Source of the DNA: Bacteroidales bacterium
Lineage (GTDB): Bacteria > Bacteroidota > Bacteroidia > Bacteroidales > UBA3663
Assembly: GCA_045628985.1 (NCBI GenBank)
Contig: JAZQQH010000042.1
Span: 14,796 to 78,795 of the forward strand
DNA length: 64,000 bases
Reading direction: 5' to 3'
Part shown: piece by piece, positions 29,802 through 39,384 of the stretch
Layout: each line of letters opens with the position of its first letter
Position numbering within the stretch: position 1 is the first letter of the stretch
The notes under the pieces: generated by a model
Told to the model about the DNA's origin: nothing
Database searches by the model: none
Seen by the model: the letters and a program-made list of their open reading frames with translations, nothing else
Translations under genes and position numbers: made by a program

Positions 29802-32800
29802 ATGAAATATACAAAATGGTTAGTTGCAATGGCGGGAGCAGCGATGCTTACCTCCTGTGTCGATGATTTCGACACCAACAGCTATGTCGTAAATAAGCCA
29901 GGCAGCAGCGAGGACTACGAATACTTGAATGAGTATGAGCCACTCAAGAACTATCTGGATCGTAGCGCTCATCCTAACTTCAAGGTGAGTGGTGCGCTTA
30001 CCGCTTCTGAGTTCAATAATAAGGGCAATGTCTACACCCTCGCTCGTGCCAACTTTGACGAGATCGTGGCAGGCAATGCCATGAAGATGTCTTCTGTTGT
30101 CAACGATAAGGGCGAGTTCAACTGGTCTACCGTTCAGAGTTTCGTTTCTGCCGCTGAGGATGCTGGCCTTACTATCTACGGCCACACCTTGGCTTGGCAC
30201 TCACAGCAGCCAGTTAAGTGGCTCTCTAAGCTCATCGCTGATAAGCCAAAGCCATCTGATCCAGGTTCAGGTTCAAAGCCTGCATTCTCATATATTGTGA
30301 ATCGTGACTTTGAGGATGCTGGTCAGATCATCGGTGGCTGGGGTAATGGTTCTTCACAGGCAGTAGAAGATGGTGTCCTTGTTTTGACCAATCCTTCTGT
30401 TGCTAATTTCTGGGAGGCTCAGATTGCTATCGACCAGGATACTCCATTTGAAAGTGGCAAGACCTATACTCTCTTGATGAAGGTTAAGTCTGACGCCGAA
30501 GGTTTGCTTCGTGTTGGTTTCCAGAATCCAGAAAACTATGCTGGTTGTGGCGATTTTACACCAACTCAGCTCTCTTCAAGCTGGCAGGATGTAGCTCTCT
30601 CTTGTACTGTTAATGGTGATAATGCAAAGCGTTTCATCTTCAGCTATGGCGATGTAGCAGGCAAGATTTATATCGATGACCTCAAGCTCTTCGCTGGCAA
30701 TGTTGGCGACGATGCACCTGCAGCTCCTGCAAAGGAAACCCTCATCGAGCGTAACTTCAGCGATGCAAGTCAGGTTATCGGTGGCTGGGGCAATGGCTCT
30801 TCACAGGCTGTTGAGGATGGCGTCCTTGTTCTGACCAATCCTTCTGCTGCTAATTTCTGGGAGGCTCAGATTGCTATCGACCAGAATACAGCATTCGAGA
30901 ATGGCAAAGCATATTATCTTAAGATGAAGGTTAAGTCTGACGCAGAAGGTTTGCTCCGTGTTGGCTTCCAGAATCCAGAAAACTATGCTGGTTGTGGTGA
31001 TTTCAATCCAATTACTCTCTCTGCAGACTGGCAGGATGTCGATCTCACCTGTACTGTTAATGGTGATAATGCAAAGCGTTTCATCTTCAGCTATGGTGAT
31101 GTTGCTGGCAAGATCTATATTGACGATCTGACTCTTATGACCGATGGCACTGCATCTAGCGGTGGCAATAGTGGTAGCGGTAGCGGAAGCGACGCTGTTG
31201 AGTACAAGGAGGTTTGGACCAACCAGATTTCGAACTCAGAGATGCTGGAAGGCAAGACAATGGAGAACTTCGTTGCTCGTGATCAGGTGAAGTCTGATAC
31301 TCCTGCTGACGTCGTTGTCGGTGGTGGTCCTAACGGTATGAACAGTATCAAGATCGTAGGCAAGACCAGCACAAAGAATTCTTGGGATACCCAGTTCTTC
31401 GTATACACTCCTAACAAGAAGTGGGAGGCTGGCGAGAAGTATAAGTTCCACATGTGGTACAAGGCTTCTAAGTCTATCGGTACTGACACTCAGGTACACG
31501 CAGGTCCTGGCGAATACAAGCACTGGCAGATGCTCAGTCCAAACCCAACCTTCACTACTGATTGGCAGGAAGGCACTTGGGAGGGTACTATCCCTTCTGA
31601 GGGTGCTGGCGCTCAGCAGTCTATCGCATTCAACCTCAACAAGAACAGAACTGCAGCTGAAGATGCAGAAGAGACAGTAGAACAGATCACCTATGAGTTC
31701 GCAGGTATCACTTGGGAGTCTTGCCAGCTGGTTGAGGTTCCAAAGGTTGAGGTCGTAGTGACTGAATATGTAACTAACTCTGATATGGAGGGTACCGAGG
31801 CTGCAAACTTCGTCCGTAAGGAGAACAATGGCGCATTGGAGACTGTTATTACTTCTGGTGTCGGTGTCGGCGGTTCTCGTGGTGTTCAGGTTACCAGCAA
31901 CGCTGGCGCTGAACAGGATTGGGATACTCAGTTCTGGATCAAGCTTAATGAGCCTCTTGCAGAAAACGAGACCGTCAACGTACAGTTCGACTATAAGGCT
32001 TCTGCTTCTGCTACTGCTGATACTCAGGCTCACGGCGAGCCAGGTGACTATGCTCACTGGCAGTGTATCGGTTCTCCAAACTTCACTACCGAATGGCAGA
32101 CCTATACTCAGGTATTGAAGGTCGATGGCTCAATGGCTTCTAAGGGTGGTCTCAAGTCTATCGCATTCAACCTTTCTAAGGATCGTGGTCAGCAGGTTAC
32201 CTACTACTTCGATAACATCCGTGTATGGAAGGAAGAGGAGCATGAGATTAAGAACACCATCCCATTGACTCCAGAGGAGAAGAAGGATACCCTCATGTAT
32301 GCTATGAAGCTTTGGGTTGACGGCATGATGAAGGCTACCGAGGGCAAGGTTAAGTCTTGGGACCTTATCAACGAGGCAATCTCTGGTGGCGGTAACGTCA
32401 ATGGTTACTATGATCTCCAGCACTTCGAGGGCTATCAGGCTGGTGGCACTTGGGATGTCGGTGGCGATGCATTCTACTGGCAGGACTACTTCGGTGCTGA
32501 GGAGTATGGTGTAATCATGGAGAAGCTCGCTCGTGAGGCTTATGCAGCTCAGGAGGATGTTAATCCAGCTGATCTCAAGCTCTTCATCAACGATTACAAC
32601 CTCGAGTCAACTTGGGACGATAACAAGAAGCTTGAATCTCTCATCTACTGGATCGGCGTTTGGGAGTCTCAGGGTGCTAAGATTGATGGTATCGGTACTC
32701 AGATGCACATCAGCTACATCCGAGATGCTGCTCAGCAGGAGAACCAGAAGAAGCACATCACCCGCATGTTCGAGTTGATGGCTCAGACCGGCAAGCTTGT

Positions 32801-33092
32801 TCGTATCTCTGAGCTCGATATGGGTCTTTGCGACAAGCAGTTCGGTGAGGCTGTTAAGACCTCTGATATGACCTTCGCTGATGAGAAGGCTATGGCTGAC
32901 TACTATCAGTGGATCATTGAGGAGTACTTCCGTATCGTTCCACCTGCACAGCAGTATGGTATCTGCCAGTGGTGTCTCACCGACGCTCCTGAGTCAAGCG
33001 GCTGGCGTGGTGGCGAACCTGTAGGTCTCTGGTACCTCGATTACTCTCGCAAGCCTGCTTATGGCGGTTGGGCTGAGGGCTTGAAGAAGTAA
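29802..33092 (+). CDS. GH10 endo-1,4-beta-xylanase lipoprotein, catalytic domain interrupted by four CBM-like modules
   Basis: 1096 aa. Lipobox ...MLTSC. N-terminal GH10 segment (...FDEIVAGNAMKM..., ...IYGHTLAWHSQQP...). C-terminal GH10 segment (...SWDLINEAI... acid/base, ...FINDYN..., ...IDGIGTQMH..., ...RISELDMG... nucleophile). About 650 aa of beta-sandwich-like repeats lie between the two segments. Confidence 0.9.
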   Translation: MKYTKWLVAMAGAAMLTSCVDDFDTNSYVVNKPGSSEDYEYLNEYEPLKNYLDRSAHPNFKVSGALTASEFNNKGNVYTLARANFDEIVAGNAMKMSSVVNDKGEFNWSTVQSFVSAAEDAGLTIYGHTLAWHSQQPVKWLSKLIADKPKPSDPGSGSKPAFSYIVNRDFEDAGQIIGGWGNGSSQAVEDGVLVLTNPSVANFWEAQIAIDQDTPFESGKTYTLLMKVKSDAEGLLRVGFQNPENYAGCGDFTPTQLSSSWQDVALSCTVNGDNAKRFIFSYGDVAGKIYIDDLKLFAGNVGDDAPAAPAKETLIERNFSDASQVIGGWGNGSSQAVEDGVLVLTNPSAANFWEAQIAIDQNTAFENGKAYYLKMKVKSDAEGLLRVGFQNPENYAGCGDFNPITLSADWQDVDLTCTVNGDNAKRFIFSYGDVAGKIYIDDLTLMTDGTASSGGNSGSGSGSDAVEYKEVWTNQISNSEMLEGKTMENFVARDQVKSDTPADVVVGGGPNGMNSIKIVGKTSTKNSWDTQFFVYTPNKKWEAGEKYKFHMWYKASKSIGTDTQVHAGPGEYKHWQMLSPNPTFTTDWQEGTWEGTIPSEGAGAQQSIAFNLNKNRTAAEDAEETVEQITYEFAGITWESCQLVEVPKVEVVVTEYVTNSDMEGTEAANFVRKENNGALETVITSGVGVGGSRGVQVTSNAGAEQDWDTQFWIKLNEPLAENETVNVQFDYKASASATADTQAHGEPGDYAHWQCIGSPNFTTEWQTYTQVLKVDGSMASKGGLKSIAFNLSKDRGQQVTYYFDNIRVWKEEEHEIKNTIPLTPEEKKDTLMYAMKLWVDGMMKATEGKVKSWDLINEAISGGGNVNGYYDLQHFEGYQAGGTWDVGGDAFYWQDYFGAEEYGVIMEKLAREAYAAQEDVNPADLKLFINDYNLESTWDDNKKLESLIYWIGVWESQGAKIDGIGTQMHISYIRDAAQQENQKKHITRMFELMAQTGKLVRISELDMGLCDKQFGEAVKTSDMTFADEKAMADYYQWIIEEYFRIVPPAQQYGICQWCLTDAPESSGWRGGEPVGLWYLDYSRKPAYGGWAEGLKK
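30296..31140 (+). repeat. Intragenic tandem duplication (~441-bp period) encoding two near-identical CBM-like modules
   Basis: Long near-identical nucleotide runs, e.g. ATCGGTGGCTGGGG...CTAATTTCTGGGAGGCTCAGATTGCTATCGACCAG in both copies. The protein repeats both run GGWGNGSSQAVEDGVLVLTNPS...GKIYIDDL. Confidence 0.9.
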
Positions 33093-33104
33093 ATAACAAA
33101 TATC

Positions 33105-33181
33105 AAATAACAAATATCACCACCTTCGCTACAATCCTGTAGGAGGGTGGTGATATTTGTTATTTGTTTTTTGGTTTTTTT
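33105..33181 (+). terminator. Long hairpin element plus T-runs (AAATAACAAATATCACCACC ... GGTGGTGATATTTGTTATTT)
   Basis: 20-bp perfect stem followed by TTTTTTGGTTTTTTT. A second copy of the same element is at 44421-44487. Confidence 0.75.
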
Positions 33182-33193
33182 CAAAAAAAGTGC

Positions 33194-33201
33194 TATCTTT
33201 G
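33194..33201 (+). promoter_or_regulatory. -7 box for the S9 peptidase gene
   Basis: TATCTTTG 25 nt upstream of the ATG at 33226. Confidence 0.55.
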
Positions 33202-33225
33202 CTCCGGAAATAAAACACATATTAT

Positions 33226-35622
33226 ATGAGACTTCTTTTTTCGTTATTCCTTTTGTTCTCCGCCACTTGCCTGCTGCCACTGCAGGCTCAGCAAGAGTTG
33301 CCAGAGTATGATCAGGCACGTCGCTTTGCTCCACAGAACGCTGAGCAGTTTGTGCATTCCATCACTATCCGTCCAAATTACTTCCCTGGAAGTACGCGCT
33401 TCTGGTATAAGTTCAATACCTCGGCCGGCGACGCGTGGTATATCGTCGATCCTGCTTCTCGCAGCAAGCAGCCTTTGTTCGACAATGCAGAGATGGCGGC
33501 TCAGCTCTCTGAACTGACTCACAATCCGAGCGACGCTCAGCACCTCGACATCAAGAACCTTCGACTGCTGGAGGATGGCAAGACCTTTGCCTTCTCACAG
33601 GGCAAGCAGAACTTCAAGTATACCTATCAGAACAAGCAGCTCGTATTGGACAAAGAGGAGGCCAAGAAGCCAGCTCCACGCTGGGGTAGCGTCTCTCCAG
33701 ACAAGAAATATGTTGTTTATGGCAAGGGCTACGACCTCTACATGATGTCTTATGCCGACTATCAGAAGCTCGAGAAGAATCCTAAGGACAGCACCGTCGT
33801 GGATATCCAACTCACCACCATAGGTATGAAGGACTTCAGCTTCGCCTCTCAGCCACGCAACACCATCAGCGATGGTTCGCCAGTCAAGGAGGACCTCGAT
33901 CGTCGCACCCGTGCATCAGGTTACTGGAGTCCTGACAGCAAGTACTTTGTGCAGATCGTACAGGACCAGCGCATGGTCAAAGACCTCTGGGTCATCAACT
34001 CCATCGCCGAGCCACGTCCTACGCTCGAGACCTACAAGTACCAGATGCCAGGCGAGGAAGGTCCTGTGTCGCACCTCTACGTCTTCGACATCGAGCAGAA
34101 GCAGATGAAGGAGGTCAACACCGGTGGCTACGTGCAGCAGACACTCACCATCGTCAATGGCAGCAGCCAGTATGATCCGAACAAGACCTGCTGGACAGGC
34201 GCTAATGACCGCTTCTTCGTGGTGCGTATGAGCCGCGACCTCAAGCATCAGGATGTCTGCACTTATACCTTCGGCCAGGACTCTCTCCGCTCCATCCTCC
34301 ACGAGGATATGAATACTTCGATGGAGACACGCTCTATCGTCGTCCTCAACAAGGGTGAGCAGTTCATCCACTGGAGCGAGCGTGACGGCTGGGGACACCT
34401 TTATTTATATAATAAGGAGGGACAGCTCCAGCGCCGACTCACCAAGGGCCCTTGGCACGTAGAGGATATCCAGGCTGTCGATGAGGCGACCCGCACCGTC
34501 TACTTCATGGCCAATGGCCGTGAGGCTGGCGACGCTACTCCTTACTACGAGCACCTCTATAAGGTCAGCCTCAATGGCGGCAACCCTCAGTTGCTGACTC
34601 CTGGCAACTACTTCCACCTCTGCTATATGGACAGCCTCCAGCAGTATGCTGTCGACAACTATTCGCGTGTGGATTGCCAGCCAGCCATCGCGCTCTATGA
34701 CAACAATGGCCGTAAAGTCATGGATCTGGAGAAGATGGATATGACCGACCTCATGGCACAGGGTTATAAGTTCCCGGAGCTTTTCACCTGCAAGGCGGCT
34801 GACGGCGTGACCGACCTCTATGGCATCATGTACAAACCTTACGACTTCGACAGCACTAAGGTCTATCCGGTCATCGACTATGTCTATCCGGGTCCTCAGA
34901 CAGAGAGTACCTTCTTCCGCTATCTGCAGCCATCGCCACGTACCGACCGTCTGGCACAAGCCGGTTTCATCGTCATTGCTGTAGGTCATCGTGGCGGCCA
35001 TCCTGCGCGTAGCAAGTGGTACCACAACTTCGGCTACGGCAATCTGCGCGACTATCCGTTGGCCGACCATAAGTCTGTCATCGAGCAGCTCTGTGCTAAG
35101 AATAAGTTCATGGACGTCAACCGCGTAGGTATTCATGGACACTCAGGCGGTGGCTTCATGTCTACGGCTGCCATGCTCGTCTATCCTGATTTCTTCAAGG
35201 TGGCTGTCTCTTGCGCTGGCAATCATGACAACAACATCTACAACCGCTGGTGGGGTGAGAAGCACCATGGCGTGACCGAGAAGACCGACAAGGACGGCAA
35301 CGTCACCTTCGATGGCCACGTGCCAACCAATCAGGAGCTTGCCAAGAACCTCAAGGGTCACCTCCTCCTCATCCATGGCGATGTGGATAATAACGTACAT
35401 CCTGGCAACAGCATCCGTGTGGTCAACGAGCTGATCCGTGCAGGCAAGCGCTTCGACATGCTCATCATGCCAGGCAAGCAGCACCACTTCGAGGACTATA
35501 ACGAGTACTTCTACTGGCGCATGGTCGACTACTTCAGCCAGCACCTCAAGGGTCAGAGCGAGACGTCGGTGGATATTAAGGATATTAAGTTGGGGAACTG
35601 GTTCCAGGGATATCAGGAGTAA
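33226..35622 (+). CDS. S9-family serine peptidase (DPP-IV-like beta-propeller plus alpha/beta hydrolase)
   Basis: 798 aa with a signal peptide. Nucleophile elbow ...GIHGHSGGGFMS.... ...IHGDVDNNVHP... (Asp) and ...GKQHHFE... (His). Confidence 0.85.
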   Translation: MRLLFSLFLLFSATCLLPLQAQQELPEYDQARRFAPQNAEQFVHSITIRPNYFPGSTRFWYKFNTSAGDAWYIVDPASRSKQPLFDNAEMAAQLSELTHNPSDAQHLDIKNLRLLEDGKTFAFSQGKQNFKYTYQNKQLVLDKEEAKKPAPRWGSVSPDKKYVVYGKGYDLYMMSYADYQKLEKNPKDSTVVDIQLTTIGMKDFSFASQPRNTISDGSPVKEDLDRRTRASGYWSPDSKYFVQIVQDQRMVKDLWVINSIAEPRPTLETYKYQMPGEEGPVSHLYVFDIEQKQMKEVNTGGYVQQTLTIVNGSSQYDPNKTCWTGANDRFFVVRMSRDLKHQDVCTYTFGQDSLRSILHEDMNTSMETRSIVVLNKGEQFIHWSERDGWGHLYLYNKEGQLQRRLTKGPWHVEDIQAVDEATRTVYFMANGREAGDATPYYEHLYKVSLNGGNPQLLTPGNYFHLCYMDSLQQYAVDNYSRVDCQPAIALYDNNGRKVMDLEKMDMTDLMAQGYKFPELFTCKAADGVTDLYGIMYKPYDFDSTKVYPVIDYVYPGPQTESTFFRYLQPSPRTDRLAQAGFIVIAVGHRGGHPARSKWYHNFGYGNLRDYPLADHKSVIEQLCAKNKFMDVNRVGIHGHSGGGFMSTAAMLVYPDFFKVAVSCAGNHDNNIYNRWWGEKHHGVTEKTDKDGNVTFDGHVPTNQELAKNLKGHLLLIHGDVDNNVHPGNSIRVVNELIRAGKRFDMLIMPGKQHHFEDYNEYFYWRMVDYFSQHLKGQSETSVDIKDIKLGNWFQGYQE

Positions 35623-35624
35623 AG

Positions 35625-36734
35625 ATGAAACTTCGTCTTCAGCATTATATACTCATATTATTAACTCTCCTCGTCCTCGTCATTCGTTTTGTGCCGGGGG
35701 CGGGAGAGTTTTATGCTTTAATATGCTATCCGCACATCTCCGCCTTCCTCTCCTGGCTCTCCTCTTTCGTGCCATTCTCGCTCGATGAGGTAGTTGCCTT
35801 GATCGGAATCTTCTTGCTGATCATGACGCTGGTCACAGGTATTAAGCGAGCATGGCGATGGTATAAGACCATAGGGCGACTGTGCCAGATTATCCTTTGG
35901 TATGTCGTGTGGTTCTACCTTGGTTGGGGATGCAACTATTTCCGCGATAACTTCTACACTCGCATGGAGGTGGTTCCTGCCAATGCAGAAAAAGAAACCT
36001 TCCTGCGCTTTGCTAACGATTATGCTGAGAAGTTGAATCAGTCATGGGAGCAAGTAAAGGAAAAGGGAGAAGGGAAAAGTGAAAAATATGGAGATGACTG
36101 GCAAGGGGATTCTATTAAGGATAGATTTGAACTAGATCAGGAGCAAGTTGTGAACGAGATCAAGAAACTCTACAGCCGTCACCTGCCTCCAACCTCAGGC
36201 TTGTGCACCCCTAAAACTCACCAATATCCCAAGGAGATGCTCCTCAACCGCCTCTACAGCGCCGCTGGCGTCTTAGGTTTCATGGGTCCTTGGGTAGGGG
36301 AGAACCTGCTCAATACGAAGCTCCTGCCCGTGCAGTATCCTTCGATCTATGCACACGAGCTCTCGCATCTGCTGGGTGTCAACAACGAGGCGGAGGCCAA
36401 CTACTGGGCCTACTACATCTGCACGCGCTCCGAGCATCCTGCCATCCGATACAGTGGTTATCAAGGTCTTTTGCCTTACGTCCTTGGTGATGCAATGAGC
36501 TTGCTCAGCGAGGACGAATACCGCGCGTATTTCCTCTCCATACGTCCGGAGATCATCCAGGAGCGACGCCAGATTTCCGCTCACTGGCAGGAGCAGCGCG
36601 TCGAACTCATTGACCAGCTTCAGAACTTCCTGCTCGACCTTCAGCTCAAGGGCAATAACATCCCATCGGGCACCCGTAATTACAATCAGGTGGTCAGTAT
36701 GATTATCTCGGTGCAGGAAAACACGAAAAAATAG
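35625..36734 (+). CDS. DUF3810-like membrane metalloprotein
   Basis: 369 aa. N-terminal TM helices, then ...YAHELSHLLG... (HExxH). Matches my recollection of DUF3810. The start lies 3 nt after the upstream stop. Confidence 0.65.
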   Translation: MKLRLQHYILILLTLLVLVIRFVPGAGEFYALICYPHISAFLSWLSSFVPFSLDEVVALIGIFLLIMTLVTGIKRAWRWYKTIGRLCQIILWYVVWFYLGWGCNYFRDNFYTRMEVVPANAEKETFLRFANDYAEKLNQSWEQVKEKGEGKSEKYGDDWQGDSIKDRFELDQEQVVNEIKKLYSRHLPPTSGLCTPKTHQYPKEMLLNRLYSAAGVLGFMGPWVGENLLNTKLLPVQYPSIYAHELSHLLGVNNEAEANYWAYYICTRSEHPAIRYSGYQGLLPYVLGDAMSLLSEDEYRAYFLSIRPEIIQERRQISAHWQEQRVELIDQLQNFLLDLQLKGNNIPSGTRNYNQVVSMIISVQENTKK

Positions 36735-36765
36735 TCAATTATTTTGTCGTTTACAGAAAAAACAC

Positions 36766-36773
36766 TATATTTG
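36766..36773 (+). promoter_or_regulatory. -7 box (TATATTTG) for the GH115 gene
   Basis: TAnnTTTG 37 nt upstream of the ATG at 36810. It lies inside the longer TTG-start ORF of the track. Confidence 0.5.
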
Positions 36774-36809
36774 TGGCGTGAAATACAAACCTATACACAT
36801 ATTTATATT

Positions 36810-39383
36810 ATGAAACACCTGTCACATTACCTTACGTTGGGTCTTTTGCTCCTGAGCAGCTCGCTCATGGCCAAGGACCACAAGGGTATTACCTCTTCGG
36901 TACTGAGTGCCGACCGATTTACCCTGATCGAGAAGGCAAAGCCTACTAACATCCTGATTGCTTCAGACGAGCTCAAGGGCATCCGCATCGCTGCAGAGAA
37001 CCTGCAGGCCGACTTTGCGCGTGTCTCTGGCCAGAAGGCCGAGCTCCTCACCACCGCTCCTGCAGGCAAGTGCATCATCACGGGTTCTTTGCAGAGTGCA
37101 TATATCCAGCAGCTCGTCAAGGCCGGCAAGCTCAATGCTGCTGACCTCAAAGGCAAAGTCGAGAAATATCTCATGACCGTCGTCGAGAACCCATTGCCAG
37201 GCGTCGACGAGGCTTTGGTCATCGCTGGTAGCGATATGCGCGGCACCATCTACGGCATCTACGAGCTCTCAGAGCAGCTCGGTGTCTCGCCTTGGTATGA
37301 CTGGATGGACGTCCCTGTCGCTCATCAGGAGAACCTCTCTCTGGCCAAAGGTACCTACACCGCCGGCGAGCCAGCTGTCCGTTATCGTGGTCTCTTCCTC
37401 AACGACGAGGCTCCTTGCCTCACCTCATGGGTCAAGAATACTTTTGGCACTGAGTATGGTGGCCATGAGTTCTACGCTCGTGTCTTCGAGCTCATCCTCC
37501 GTCTCCGAGGCAACTATCTGTGGCCAGCCATGTGGGGTTGGTCATTCTATGCCGACGATCCATTGAACTCACCTACCGCCAACGACATGGGTGTCATCAT
37601 GGGTACCAGCCACCACGAGCCAATGGCACGCAACCACCAGGAGTGGGCGCGCCATCGTGCAGAGTATGGTGAGTGGGATTATGTCACCAACCAGAAGGTC
37701 ATCGACCAGTTCTTCCGCGAGGGTATCCAGCGTGCCAAGAATACCGAGGATCTCATTACCATCGGTATGCGAGGCGATGGCGATACTGCTATGGGTGCCA
37801 AGGAAGGCCATGATGATGAGTTCGTCTCTAACGACGCTGCCACCATCAAGCTCCTTGAGAAGATCGTTAAGAATCAGCGCAATATCATTGCCAAGGAGAC
37901 CGGTCGTCCAGCCAAGGAGCGTCCTCAGGTCTGGGCGCTCTATAAGGAGGTGCAGCGCTACTACGACAAGGGTCTCAAGGTACCAGACGACGCTATCATC
38001 CTCTTCAGCGACGATAACTGGGGCGATATCCGTCGCCTCCCATCAGCCGAGGAGCGCAAGCATAAAGGCGGCTTCGGTATGTACTACCACGTCGATTATG
38101 TAGGTGCTCCACGCAATAGCAAGTGGCTCAATGTGACCCCTATCCAGCACATGTGGGATCAGCTCACGCTCACCTATCAGTATGGCGTCGATCGCCTCTG
38201 GGTGCTCAACGTCGGCGACCTCAAGCCTATGGAGTATCCTATCTCCCTCTTCATGGATATGGCCTGGAACCCAACCGAATACAACGCTGCCAACCTCCTC
38301 GACCATCCACGTCAGTGGTGTGCACAGCAGTTTGGCGACGAGCAGGGCGATGAGGCCGCTCGCATTCTCAACCTCTACAGCCAGTATGCTGGCCGTGTCA
38401 CCGCTGAGATGCTCGATGCTAAGACCTACAACGTCGAGACCGGTGAGTGGAAGCAGGTAGCCGACGAGTTCATGCGCCTCGAAGCTGAGGCTCTCCGTCA
38501 GTACCTCACCCTCCCTGCTGAGGCTCGCGACGCTTATTCGCAGGTCATCCTCTTCCCAATCCAGGCCCTCGGCAACGTCTACCAGATGTATTATGCACAG
38601 GCCATGAACCAGAAGCTCTACAAGGAAGGTAATCCTGAGGCCAACCTCTGGGCCGACCGTGTAGAAGCAGCCTTCGAGCGTGACGCTGAGCTCTGTCGCG
38701 CATATAACAAAGATATGTCTAATGGCAAGTGGGACGGCATGATGACTCAGAAGCACATCGGTTACGTCATCTGGAACGATAACTTCCCTGCCGACAAGTG
38801 TCCACAGGTCTCTCGCTTCGAGAATCCTGCAGAGATGGTTGGCAAGTATGTCTTCAAACCATCAAATGGCTACATCGCCATGGACGCTGCACATTATTAT
38901 AATAAGGAAAATCCTGCTGAGGCCAGCTGGACGATCATCCCATTCATGGGTCGCACCCACAGCGGCATCTCATTGCAGCCTTACACCGCGGACACTGACG
39001 GTGGCAGCATTGCCTATCGCATGGAGATCCCAGCAGGTCATGAGGAGGTCGACGTGCGCGTCATCACCGCTTCGACCCTGGCCTTCAAGCGCTCCGCAGG
39101 TCATCGCTATACCGTCGGCTTCGAAGGCGAGGAGGCCGTAGAGGTCAACTTCAATGGCGAGCTCAACGAGGAGCCAGAGAACGTCTACCGCATCATGTAC
39201 CCAACCGTAGCCAGCCGTGTCATCGAGAAGACCATCCGTCTCAAGGCCGGTGCAGCAGGTACTAAGACCCTCATCATCAAGCCTCTCGACCCAGGCGTCG
39301 TCCTCGAGAAGATCGTGGTCGACCTCGGTGGTTACCAGCCATCGTTCCTCTTCGGCACCGAGTCGCCAGTAGCAAGAGAATAA
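36810..39383 (+). CDS. GH115 xylan alpha-glucuronidase
   Basis: Signal peptide MKHLSHYLTLGLLLLSSSLMA. ...SDMRGTIYGIYELSEQLGVSPWYDWMDV... and ...YRGLFLNDE... are GH115 hallmarks as I recall them. Confidence 0.8.
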   Translation: MKHLSHYLTLGLLLLSSSLMAKDHKGITSSVLSADRFTLIEKAKPTNILIASDELKGIRIAAENLQADFARVSGQKAELLTTAPAGKCIITGSLQSAYIQQLVKAGKLNAADLKGKVEKYLMTVVENPLPGVDEALVIAGSDMRGTIYGIYELSEQLGVSPWYDWMDVPVAHQENLSLAKGTYTAGEPAVRYRGLFLNDEAPCLTSWVKNTFGTEYGGHEFYARVFELILRLRGNYLWPAMWGWSFYADDPLNSPTANDMGVIMGTSHHEPMARNHQEWARHRAEYGEWDYVTNQKVIDQFFREGIQRAKNTEDLITIGMRGDGDTAMGAKEGHDDEFVSNDAATIKLLEKIVKNQRNIIAKETGRPAKERPQVWALYKEVQRYYDKGLKVPDDAIILFSDDNWGDIRRLPSAEERKHKGGFGMYYHVDYVGAPRNSKWLNVTPIQHMWDQLTLTYQYGVDRLWVLNVGDLKPMEYPISLFMDMAWNPTEYNAANLLDHPRQWCAQQFGDEQGDEAARILNLYSQYAGRVTAEMLDAKTYNVETGEWKQVADEFMRLEAEALRQYLTLPAEARDAYSQVILFPIQALGNVYQMYYAQAMNQKLYKEGNPEANLWADRVEAAFERDAELCRAYNKDMSNGKWDGMMTQKHIGYVIWNDNFPADKCPQVSRFENPAEMVGKYVFKPSNGYIAMDAAHYYNKENPAEASWTIIPFMGRTHSGISLQPYTADTDGGSIAYRMEIPAGHEEVDVRVITASTLAFKRSAGHRYTVGFEGEEAVEVNFNGELNEEPENVYRIMYPTVASRVIEKTIRLKAGAAGTKTLIIKPLDPGVVLEKIVVDLGGYQPSFLFGTESPVARE

Positions 39384-39384
39384 G

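Noticed and set aside
33226-36734. S9 peptidase and DUF3810 protein as functional members of the xylan PUL.
   Set aside because: They have their own promoter box after a strong terminator, and their predicted activities are unrelated to xylan. Adjacency alone is insufficient, so they are reported as separate genes.
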